DNA from: a virus
Reading direction: 5' to 3' (one strand)
IMG/VR virus record: IMGVR_UViG_3300024581_003238
Location: 1-64,000 of that record
DNA length: 64,000 nucleotides
Positions 9,428 to 17,921 of this stretch are shown here, piece after piece. Below the pieces are notes generated by a model. That model searched no databases and had not been told where the DNA came from. It saw nothing but the letters and a program-made list of their open reading frames with translations. The first letter of the stretch is position 1. The number at the start of each line of letters is the position of its first letter. The position numbers were made by a program, and so were the translations under genes.

Positions 9428-11171
9428 TATTCTTAACTAACTCACTACCAAAACTTTCAGAGTATTCCCCGTCACCCATTACTTGATCGATAATGTCCTT
9501 CTTTTTCTGTAAAATATTGTAAATAGTCATTTCAATTGTATTCTCAAAAACAGGATAGTAAACAAGTACACTATTCTTTTGACCATATCTATAAGCTCTA
9601 TCCTCCGCTTGTGAGTGATCTGCAGGAACAAAAGATAAATCATTCATTATAACTGTATCTGCTGCGGTTAGTGTTATACCCACACCTGCGGCCTTAATAT
9701 TACCTATGAATATTTTGATCTTATCTTCATTTTGAAACCTATCAACCGATTGTTGTCGTCTATCTTTTGACATTCTCCCATCTAACACTACCGCCTTTTT
9801 TCGATATTTCTCATATATCATATCTAAAGACATAGTAAAATTAGTGAATACAATTACTTTTCTACCTTGTTCTAATACCCTATCAATCAATTCACAAGTG
9901 TGGTCAACCTTTTCTATCGCAATAAGTTGTCTTAGTTTCATTAATCTATTAAGAGTAACCGTAATACTTTCTTTCTTTTTATTTTCTTCACTGATTCTAA
10001 GAAATTCAGTTAATTCATCATCGTAAAATGAATTTTTAAGTTCTAACCATATCGGTGAAATTATTTTTTCGGGTAGATCTAATATGTCGTTCTTTAATCT
10101 TCTTAATACTACGGCTTTCGTTTGTTCTCTTAGTTCATCCAAGTTACTCGCCCCACTTGTATTCCATACTTTTCTACCACCTACCCTAAATTGGTAACCT
10201 TTACAGTACCTTAAAACATAACTTTTCCAATTTAACGTTAGTGGTGAATTTACAATTTTTAATAGGTTGAAATAGTTTATAGGTCTCGAAGTCATAGGGG
10301 TACCTGTTAGTAACCAAACTTTAGGTATTTTAAGTAAAATGTCATTTAATAGTTTTGTTCTCTGTGCTTGACTATTAGAAATGTAATGTGCTTCATCAAC
10401 AATTGCCAAATCAAAACCTTCATTTATGATTATTTTATATGCTTCACTTTCTTCAGTATTTTCTGTTGTATGAAAGTTTTTTAATATATCGTAATTAATA
10501 ATATAATACTTAAAGGTTGATCCCCATTTTTTACCCTCGACGATTAAAACATGGTCATCTGAATATTCCTCTATTTCTCTTTTCCAATTTATTTTAAGAG
10601 ATGCGGGACAAACAATTAGTACTTTTTTTACATCACTTTCAATTGAGGCAATCACCGTACTCGTTGTTTTACCTAACCCCATATCATCCGCCAAAATAAA
10701 TTTATTGTTTGCAAGTAACTTTTCTATTGCAATTTTTTGATGTTCCATTGGTGGTCTGTGAGAATAAGGGGAATAGTCGACCTCTCTATCTAAAGTTTTT
10801 TCTTCTTGTATTATAGACGCTTTTGGGATCCACATTGATATAAATTTCATATCCTTATTAATGTTTCCCCATATGTTATATGCCTTATCACTCTCACAGA
10901 GGAGTTTTTCAACCCATATTTCCTCTACAGGAGTCATTAATAATCTGTCTTCTTGAATTTTAGTACCAAAAGATTTTGCGATCGAAATATATTTTCTCGC
11001 AACTTTAGGTACTATTTCATGATATTTTATGATATAGTCAGATTGTGGACGTGTTAAACTGTAATTTTTAGATTTCTCAAACTTACCTTTTAAGTCCAAT
11101 ATATGATTATTGTAACCTGTATAACCTGTTACAATTTCCCTTGCTTCTATTTCGGGTATCTTTTTTCCCAT
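9417..11171 (-). CDS. SNF2-family (SMARCAL1/HARP-like) helicase/ATPase
   Basis: LADDMGLGKT, DEAH, LLTGTP and QAEDRAYRYGQ motifs. Confidence 0.92.
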   Translation of the reverse strand: MGKKIPEIEAREIVTGYTGYNNHILDLKGKFEKSKNYSLTRPQSDYIIKYHEIVPKVARKYISIAKSFGTKIQEDRLLMTPVEEIWVEKLLCESDKAYNIWGNINKDMKFISMWIPKASIIQEEKTLDREVDYSPYSHRPPMEHQKIAIEKLLANNKFILADDMGLGKTTSTVIASIESDVKKVLIVCPASLKINWKREIEEYSDDHVLIVEGKKWGSTFKYYIINYDILKNFHTTENTEESEAYKIIINEGFDLAIVDEAHYISNSQAQRTKLLNDILLKIPKVWLLTGTPMTSRPINYFNLLKIVNSPLTLNWKSYVLRYCKGYQFRVGGRKVWNTSGASNLDELREQTKAVVLRRLKNDILDLPEKIISPIWLELKNSFYDDELTEFLRISEENKKKESITVTLNRLMKLRQLIAIEKVDHTCELIDRVLEQGRKVIVFTNFTMSLDMIYEKYRKKAVVLDGRMSKDRRQQSVDRFQNEDKIKIFIGNIKAAGVGITLTAADTVIMNDLSFVPADHSQAEDRAYRYGQKNSVLVYYPVFENTIEMTIYNILQKKKDIIDQVMGDGEYSESFGSELVKNIKS

Positions 11172-11222
11172 GTATAAACTAAATATAAGGAAATCAAATC
11201 AATATTTAAACTATTTATCTAT

Positions 11223-11735
11223 ATGAGTAAAAAATTACCAATAACAAGATTAAGTAAATTCTTTTCTAACGAAGACTTTGACTTGAATGTTCAAATAGGT
11301 CAAGAATACCTACACGGTGACTTGAATATGAAATTGGTCTTGTACAGGGTCGATACGGAAAGTACAGACACTGATGAAGTTTATGCTGAAGTGGGTAAAG
11401 ATCAAATTAAATATTTTCCCCCTATAGAGTTTAATGCGTTGGTGAAAGTAGAGACACCTAAAAATCAATCATATAAGAATGGTTTAGTTAGGTATTTGGA
11501 ACCCGGTAACTTGGTTCTATCAGTGTATATTAAACATTTAGAAGACTTGGGTATCGACATAAAATATGGTGATTTTATTGCTTACCCCGAAACAGAGGAT
11601 AAAGTCAGATACTATACAGTATCAAATGACGGTAAAGTTACATCAGATAATAGACATAATATGTTTGGTTTTAAACCACATTATAGAACAATAACTTGTG
11701 TTCCGGCACAGGAATCAGAATTTAGAGGAGTATAA
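11223..11735 (+). CDS. Head closure/neck protein (T4 gp14-like)
   Basis: Size, position before the terminator and sheath genes, VYAE..I.YFPPIE and IDIKYGDFI motifs; TATTTAT-N4-ATG. Confidence 0.6.
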   Translation: MSKKLPITRLSKFFSNEDFDLNVQIGQEYLHGDLNMKLVLYRVDTESTDTDEVYAEVGKDQIKYFPPIEFNALVKVETPKNQSYKNGLVRYLEPGNLVLSVYIKHLEDLGIDIKYGDFIAYPETEDKVRYYTVSNDGKVTSDNRHNMFGFKPHYRTITCVPAQESEFRGV

Positions 11736-12967
11736 TGGCAATACCTAAAAGAAAAAACAATATAAGTGTTTACCAAGGTAATGAGTTGGTGGATCGACGA
11801 CAAGAGTTATTAGATAAGATAACTCAAGGGGATTCGTTTCTCCCAGATTCGGTACTTCACGATGACTTAGATTTAGGTATGTTAGACTTTGTTAAAAAGA
11901 ATTTTGTTATTAATTCAAGTGGTGAACAAATTCCTGTTATCCCTAAAATTTTAACGATACAGAGATGGGGTGAATTTACCAATACATGGAATTTTTCAGA
12001 CTTAGATGGTAATCCATCAATACCTTTTATAAGTGTTATAAGAAGACCCGATGTACAGCCAGGTACAAATCCTAGTTTACAAAGAACAATTCCCGATAGA
12101 CAACAATTTCATTACGCAACAGTACCTACATGGAATGGAACACAAATGGGTGCCGATATTTATAGAATCCCACAACCTGTTCCAATAGACATCACTTATG
12201 AAGTAAGTATTGTTTGTACAAGATTTAGGGATTTGAATAGTTTTAATCAAATTGTACTTCAAAAATTTTCTTCAAGACAAGCGTATACTACGGTGAAAGG
12301 TCATTATGTACCTATCGTTTTGGACACTATAGAAGATAACACTCCTGTTGAGTTAGATTCTCGTAAGTTTTACGTTCAAAATTATAAGTTTACTTTACTT
12401 GGGTTCATAATTGATGAGGAGGAATTTGAGATTAAACCCGCAGTTAGTAGATTATTTCTTATGAATGAATTTATTCAAAGTAATAATTTCGAGAAAAAAT
12501 ATTTAACTAAAAATTTAGAAATATCAGTTGCCACATTCACCGCGGATGGATTACAAACAATTTTTAGTGTCGGTGAAACTATAGGTATTTTATTTAATGT
12601 GACTATTAATGGTTTAATACAAGAAAGAGGTGTAGAATTCAACCACGTTTCTTTAACGTCTAAGATTAGTTTTATCGAACCTCCTCGAGATGGATCTACA
12701 GTAACCATAACATACTACAAAGGTAGATCAAGCGTCTTCGTAGATAGTGAAGGTAATGTTAGACAAGTTAGTACGGAATATTTTGATTTTGATGGAACTA
12801 ACTTGGTGTTTACCACAACAAATAATATCGATAGTATTATAAGTTTAGATATAAACGGTCTATTACAAGAAGAAGGGGATAGTTTTGATATTTCATCATC
12901 CACACAAGTAACATTAAAAGGATCACCACCATCTGGTTCAAGGATAGGTATTACTTATTTATTTTAA
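11735..12967 (+). CDS. Tail terminator / sheath stabiliser (T4 gp15-like) with two C-terminal small beta repeats
   Basis: PQPVPIDITYEV..DLN..NQIVLQKF resembles gp15; duplicated DG...F..INGL.QE.G..F...PP..GS.V.ITY units. Confidence 0.65.
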   Translation: MAIPKRKNNISVYQGNELVDRRQELLDKITQGDSFLPDSVLHDDLDLGMLDFVKKNFVINSSGEQIPVIPKILTIQRWGEFTNTWNFSDLDGNPSIPFISVIRRPDVQPGTNPSLQRTIPDRQQFHYATVPTWNGTQMGADIYRIPQPVPIDITYEVSIVCTRFRDLNSFNQIVLQKFSSRQAYTTVKGHYVPIVLDTIEDNTPVELDSRKFYVQNYKFTLLGFIIDEEEFEIKPAVSRLFLMNEFIQSNNFEKKYLTKNLEISVATFTADGLQTIFSVGETIGILFNVTINGLIQERGVEFNHVSLTSKISFIEPPRDGSTVTITYYKGRSSVFVDSEGNVRQVSTEYFDFDGTNLVFTTTNNIDSIISLDINGLLQEEGDSFDISSSTQVTLKGSPPSGSRIGITYLF

Positions 12968-13073
12968 CCCACTGGGTTTTTTGGGTTTTTGTTTTAACCC
13001 ATTGGGTTTATATTTTAATTGGCATAAACCTATATTACACACTCCAGTTGAATTTTAATTGGCATAAACCTAT
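12962..13073. repeat. Two pairs of direct repeats between convergent genes
   Basis: TTTTAACCCA(C/T)TGGGTTT at 12962 and 12992, each with a palindromic core; exact ATTTTAATTGGCATAAACCTAT at 13012 and 13052. Confidence 0.9.
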
Positions 13074-13228
13074 TCACCATATAAATCTCTTTTTCGGTCA
13101 ATACAGTTAGTTTCTACCCATTTTTCTACAATTTTATAAATTTTAAAACCATGTTCATCACAATACTTTTTTAAAATATCGTGGTGTTTTTGACTTATTT
13201 TAATGTTTTTGGGGTTTCTATAACTCAT
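13070..13228 (-). CDS. 52-aa putative ribbon-helix-helix DNA-binding protein (absent from the ORF track)
   Basis: MSYRNPKNIKISQKHHDILKKYCDEHGFKIYKIVEKWVETNCIDRKRDLYGE: beta-strand KNIKI, helix, G-turn, helix; preceded by TATTTAT-N4-ATG on the minus strand. Confidence 0.7.
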   Translation of the reverse strand: MSYRNPKNIKISQKHHDILKKYCDEHGFKIYKIVEKWVETNCIDRKRDLYGE

Positions 13229-13348
13229 AAAGATAAATATAGATAAAAAAAGATCTTTAAATATCCTAAAATAAAAAACTTGGGAACTCTTTACGTAAAA
13301 CTAAGATATTTATAGTAAACAATAAAAATTTATAATTAAAGTTAATCG

Positions 13349-16159
13349 ATGGCAAATTCAAACAGAGTATTCGTTTCTCCAGGTGTTTATACCTCAGAAA
13401 AGGATTTAACGTTCGTAGCACAAAGTGTGGGTGTGACCACATTGGGGTTATCAGGTGAGGCATTAAAAGGACCTGCATTTGAACCAATTCTAATAAGAAA
13501 TTTTGATGAATTTAAGACATACTTTGGACCTACATCTCCGACTAAATTTTCGGACGGTAATCCAAAATATGAATTAGGTTATGTCGCGAAATCATATCTT
13601 CAAGAATCTAACCAACTTTTCGTAACGAGAGTATTAGGTTTAACAGGATATAAACCAAATAAAACATTCGCAATAAAAACATTAGGTGGTATCACTGTTG
13701 ATACAAGTAACTTAGTTACAAGTGTAAGTGAAACATTAAGTGGTGACACAACAAATATCAGTAACTCATCATTTATATCAGATCTTCAAAATAAAACCGC
13801 CACAGATGGTAGTTTAATACCTGATTTTATTTCGGGAGCTACAGTTTCAGATGGGACATGGTTTACAATTGGTTTTGTTAATGAAAGTGAAACAGTATCA
13901 TTAAATGACAATTTAGAAATAGCAGGACCTATTGGGACGAACACTAATAATAATTGGTATAACACATTCTTCAAAACTGACGGTTTAAATGTAATTGATG
14001 GTGTATACTCATACCTATTCGTTTATGACAATGCGGCGAGTGGATGGACAATTTCACAATATGAATTCTCAGCATCTGTAAATGCTGACTATGATAACGT
14101 AGTAGTATTAGCATTAAGATCAAGAGGTTCATACACACAACAAACACTAAACTTAGAAGTAACTGATTCTTCAAATATTGATATTAGTGCGACTGGTTTA
14201 GAAAGTAACCCTTTAGGTGAATTCACTTTATCAGTGACAGGATCCACAAGTGGGGCAAAACAATACACTTGTACATTAGATACAAGTTCAACAAAATATA
14301 TTTCGAAAGTATTGGGTAACGGTGTATTTGATAAGAAGAAAGATGAAGTACCTGTTTATGTATTTGAAGAATATCCTAAATTATTAAGTGCATTATATGG
14401 TCAAGGTTTAGTAAGAGGTTTATCAACTACGTTGGTTGACCGTAACGTTGGAAATGATTATTTGAATCAATGGGAGACACCGGCTTCACCTACAGTAGTT
14501 TCTGAAGTTAGAGGTGGTATTGTTTCTGATCTATTTAGTGTGATTAGTATTTCCGATGGAAATTCGGCAAACTCACAATTAAAAATACAAATACAAAATA
14601 TTGACTTAGATTCTGGTGAGTTTGATGTGATCATTAGAGATTTTAATGATTCAGACACAAATGTTGTAGTACTTGAGAAATTCTCAAGATGTACTATGAA
14701 CCCTGACTTACCTGGATATGTAGCAAGAAAGATTGGTACTTCTGATGGTGAATATGAATTACGTTCTAAGTATATAATGTTAAACTTAGCAGATGACGCA
14801 CCTGTAGATGCATTCCCTGCCGGTTTTAAAGGTTTCACATCCGATGTTTTAGGGTCAAGTAAGATTGGTTCTGTATTATATAAAACTCAATACTATCAAG
14901 CGGGTGATGTAATATCATATGATGCGAGCGGTACTGAACAAAAAACAAATGGAGATAAAGTTAGAAAAGTAACATTAGGTTTATCTTCTCAAATTGGTTT
15001 TGATAAAGATTTATTTGAATATAAAGGTAACGGTGCAAGTTCAACTTCACATGGTTTCCACTTATCAAGTCAAGCATCAACCATTACAGGGTTTAAAACA
15101 ACATCATACGATTTAGAAGGAAGTAACAAAGGACTTTTAGAAAATAAAACACACAGAAAATTCACATTCGCAGTATGTGGTGGATTTGATGGATGGGACA
15201 TTTATAGAGGTACAAGAACAAATAGTGATGGATATATATTCGGTAAGAATACATATGTTAGTGGACATACCGCAAATAGTGGAGTGTTTAGTGATACAGT
15301 AGGAAATTCCGATTATTACGCTTATTTACAAGGAATTGAAACATTCTCTAATCCTGAATCAGTAGATATCAACATTTTTGCAACACCAGGTCTTGATTTT
15401 TATAATCATAGTTCATTGGTTAACCAAACAATTGATATGATTGAAGGTGATAGAGCGGATTCATTATACATTGTAAACCCACCGAACACAGATAATGTGG
15501 ACGAGATTGTTGACCAATTAGACAGTGTTGATTTAGACACTAACTACACAGCAACATATTGGCCGTGGATTCAAGTGAGAGATGGGGATAATGCAACACA
15601 ATTATATATTCCACCTACAGGTGAGGTTGTTAAAAATATTGCATTAACTGATAATGTTTCTTATCCTTGGTTCGCAGTCGCGGGTTACTCAAGAGGTTTA
15701 GTAAACGCAATTAAAGCGAGAAAGAAATTAACTTTAGATAATAGAGATGACTTGTACAGTGCAAGAATTAACCCAATAGCGACATTCTCAGATACGGGAA
15801 CAATTATTTGGGGTAACAAAACTTTACAAGTTAGAGAATCTGCACTTGATAGAATCAACGTAAGAAGACTATTATTAAGAGCAAGAAAATTAATTTCAGC
15901 GGTTGCGGTTAGATTGTTATTTGAACAAAATGACGAACAAGTGAGAAATGAATTTTTACGATTGGTTAATCCAATATTAGAATCTATAAAGAAAGAAAGA
16001 GGTTTATATGAATTTAGAGTTGTTGTTTCTAACGACCCTGAAGATATAGATGCCAATACATTAAGAGGTAAGATTTATATCAAACCAACTAGATCTCTCG
16101 AATTCATTGATGTAGAATTCTTAATTACTCCAACAGGAGCATCATTTGAGAATATCTAA
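13349..16159 (+). CDS. Contractile tail sheath protein (gp18-like)
   Basis: N-terminal FVSPGVYTSEKD; C-terminal PWFAVAGYSRG, INPIATF, IWGNKTLQ, DRINVRRLL, FEQND. Confidence 0.96.
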   Translation: MANSNRVFVSPGVYTSEKDLTFVAQSVGVTTLGLSGEALKGPAFEPILIRNFDEFKTYFGPTSPTKFSDGNPKYELGYVAKSYLQESNQLFVTRVLGLTGYKPNKTFAIKTLGGITVDTSNLVTSVSETLSGDTTNISNSSFISDLQNKTATDGSLIPDFISGATVSDGTWFTIGFVNESETVSLNDNLEIAGPIGTNTNNNWYNTFFKTDGLNVIDGVYSYLFVYDNAASGWTISQYEFSASVNADYDNVVVLALRSRGSYTQQTLNLEVTDSSNIDISATGLESNPLGEFTLSVTGSTSGAKQYTCTLDTSSTKYISKVLGNGVFDKKKDEVPVYVFEEYPKLLSALYGQGLVRGLSTTLVDRNVGNDYLNQWETPASPTVVSEVRGGIVSDLFSVISISDGNSANSQLKIQIQNIDLDSGEFDVIIRDFNDSDTNVVVLEKFSRCTMNPDLPGYVARKIGTSDGEYELRSKYIMLNLADDAPVDAFPAGFKGFTSDVLGSSKIGSVLYKTQYYQAGDVISYDASGTEQKTNGDKVRKVTLGLSSQIGFDKDLFEYKGNGASSTSHGFHLSSQASTITGFKTTSYDLEGSNKGLLENKTHRKFTFAVCGGFDGWDIYRGTRTNSDGYIFGKNTYVSGHTANSGVFSDTVGNSDYYAYLQGIETFSNPESVDINIFATPGLDFYNHSSLVNQTIDMIEGDRADSLYIVNPPNTDNVDEIVDQLDSVDLDTNYTATYWPWIQVRDGDNATQLYIPPTGEVVKNIALTDNVSYPWFAVAGYSRGLVNAIKARKKLTLDNRDDLYSARINPIATFSDTGTIIWGNKTLQVRESALDRINVRRLLLRARKLISAVAVRLLFEQNDEQVRNEFLRLVNPILESIKKERGLYEFRVVVSNDPEDIDANTLRGKIYIKPTRSLEFIDVEFLITPTGASFENI

Positions 16160-16165
16160 TAATAT

Positions 16166-16198
16166 AAAAAGGAAAAGGGAGGGTCTAACGACTCTCCC
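16166..16198 (-). terminator. Hairpin GGGAGGGTC-TAAC-GACTCTCCC with its T-tract on the minus strand
   Basis: 9-bp stem at 16177-16198; the A-rich run 16166-16176 gives a U-tail only for leftward transcripts. Confidence 0.5.
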
Positions 16199-16225
16199 CT
16201 ATCCAAAAGTAAAAATTGAGATGAC

Positions 16226-16344
16226 CCCAGTATATACTGGTTTAATTAATACTAGATTTAATATATTATATATTTAATATCCTATATTTCATACTAGTAC
16301 TTACTGGGTAATAAAAAAATACGGAATTAAATTGACAATGTCAA
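16226..16344. other. AT-rich palindromic non-coding element (candidate origin or small antisense RNA)
   Basis: CCAGTATATACTGG palindrome, CCCAGTA...TACTGGG inverted repeat, six TACTRG half-sites, TTGACAATGTCAA palindrome. Confidence 0.45.
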
Positions 16345-16428
16345 GTAGTTCTTAAATAAAAAAGAAAAATATTTCGTGAAGAGATATATTTATAATAATA
16401 GAATAACAAATATAACAAAAATACAGAC

Positions 16429-16917
16429 ATGGCAGATTTATTAATGAAAATGCCGGTTCCTTACGAACCGAAAAGAGTTAACCGATTTATCGTTAGGTTC
16501 CCTTCATCATTGGGTATTAACGAGTGGTATGTAACATCAGCGGCTAGACCGAGTGCAAAAATCAACTCAGTAGAAATTCCTTTCTTAAATACTTCAACTT
16601 ATGTTGCAGGTAGATTCGTATGGAATGAATTAAGAGTTAAGTTTAAAGATCCAATCGGACCATCAGCGTCTCAAGCGTTAATGGAATGGTTTAGACTACA
16701 CGCAGAATCAGTAACAGGAAGAATGGGTTATGCTGCGGGGTATAAAAAAGATATTGAATTAGAAATGTTAGACCCAACAGGTGTTGTAGTTGAAAAATGG
16801 ATACTACAAGGAACATTTATTACTGATTTAAACTTTAATGAATTAGATTATAACAACGACGCATTAGCAACAATCGATTGTTCGTTAAGAATGGATAGAT
16901 GTATCCAAGTATACTAA
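16429..16917 (+). CDS. Tail tube protein (gp19-like)
   Basis: Follows the sheath gene; YEPKR.NRF, W...H.ESVTGR.GY...YKKD, E.W.L.G.F motifs. Confidence 0.92.
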   Translation: MADLLMKMPVPYEPKRVNRFIVRFPSSLGINEWYVTSAARPSAKINSVEIPFLNTSTYVAGRFVWNELRVKFKDPIGPSASQALMEWFRLHAESVTGRMGYAAGYKKDIELEMLDPTGVVVEKWILQGTFITDLNFNELDYNNDALATIDCSLRMDRCIQVY

Positions 16918-16942
16918 AAAATTAATCTGTCGAAATATTTTT

Positions 16943-16974
16943 AATGGAGGTCCAATAGGGTCTCCATTTTTATT
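16943..16974 (+). terminator. Intrinsic terminator after the tail tube gene
   Basis: AATGGAGGTCC-AATA-GGGTCTCCATT stem-loop followed by a T-tract. Confidence 0.7.
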
Positions 16975-17021
16975 TAATTAAAACTTTACTTTTAACTATT
17001 TAATAGTTACATTTAATCAGT

Positions 17022-17777
17022 ATGGAAAATAATGAATATAGAATAGACCCTACAGTACAATACGATGTGGTCGAACTACCAAGTAGAGGGATATATTACC
17101 CGAATGGTACAAAGGCACTAAAAGTATCGTATTTAACCGCTGCGGATGAAAATATCTTAGCATCACCTAACTTAGTTGCTACAGGAGATGTTATAGGGGA
17201 ACTACTAAAAAGAAAAATTTTAAGTAAGGATGTTCCTGTTGAAGATTTAACAAGAGAAGATAAAGAGGCAATATTAATATTCCTAAGAAACACCGCTTTT
17301 GGTTCAGACTTAAAGTTAATTCTAAAAGATCCATCAAATAACGAAGAATTTGAACATGTGGTAGATCTAAGTGAACTATCATATAAAGAATTTAATCTAA
17401 CACCAGATGAAAACGGAGAGTATCCATACTTTATGGAAAAATCTAAAGTGGATATCACATTTAAGTTTTTATCACCAAAAGAAGAGGATGAGTTAGAAGA
17501 AATTAGTAAAAGTTGGAATGGTATTGGTTCACCACCAATAATTACTAAAAGATTAGAAAAACACATCCAAAGTGTAAAAGGTAATAAAGATCCTATGAAT
17601 ATAAGAAACTTCATAGAGACATTACCCATTGTAGATTCACAAGAATTTAGAAAATACGTCAATAAAGTAAAACCAGGTGTTGACTTAGTTCAACACACCA
17701 TCGCCCCATCAGGAGAAAAAGTCAGTTTTAGAGTGGACTTTGGGGTAGAGTTTTTTCGTCCTTTCTACGGAATATAA
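17022..17777 (+). CDS. Tail/baseplate hub assembly chaperone (T4 gp26-like)
   Basis: VELPSRG.YY, YLTAADENIL, D.EAILIFLR.TAFG and C-terminal PGVD...EFF; lies between tube and tape measure genes. Confidence 0.75.
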   Translation: MENNEYRIDPTVQYDVVELPSRGIYYPNGTKALKVSYLTAADENILASPNLVATGDVIGELLKRKILSKDVPVEDLTREDKEAILIFLRNTAFGSDLKLILKDPSNNEEFEHVVDLSELSYKEFNLTPDENGEYPYFMEKSKVDITFKFLSPKEEDELEEISKSWNGIGSPPIITKRLEKHIQSVKGNKDPMNIRNFIETLPIVDSQEFRKYVNKVKPGVDLVQHTIAPSGEKVSFRVDFGVEFFRPFYGI

Positions 17778-17910
17778 AACAGCGCAGTTTACTGAAACTT
17801 TATTTTTATTAAGAAAAGGGTTCTCACACAGAGATGTGTTAGAGATGCCAATTTTTATGCGTAGATACTATGTTGAGAGAATTATAGAATTAGAAAAATC
17901 TTCTGACTAG
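17758..17910 (+). CDS. Start-less 50-codon +1-frame extension of the chaperone (gp51 / gpGT-like), probably made by frameshifting
   Basis: The +1 frame opens after TAG 17746-48 and reads VLSTEYKTAQFTETLFLLRKGFSHRDVLEMPIFMRRYYVERIIELEKSSD*, filling the gap to the tape measure gene. Confidence 0.7.
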   Translation, partial: VLSTEYKTAQFTETLFLLRKGFSHRDVLEMPIFMRRYYVERIIELEKSSD

Positions 17911-17921
17911 TATTTATCTAT

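Noticed and set aside
13012-13073. Possible mini-CRISPR array
   Set aside because: Only two 22-bp copies with an 18-bp spacer and no cas genes in the window.
13266-13487. 73-aa minus-strand ORF and other short antisense ORFs within long genes
   Set aside because: They overlap well-supported genes on the opposite strand and show no recognisable motifs.
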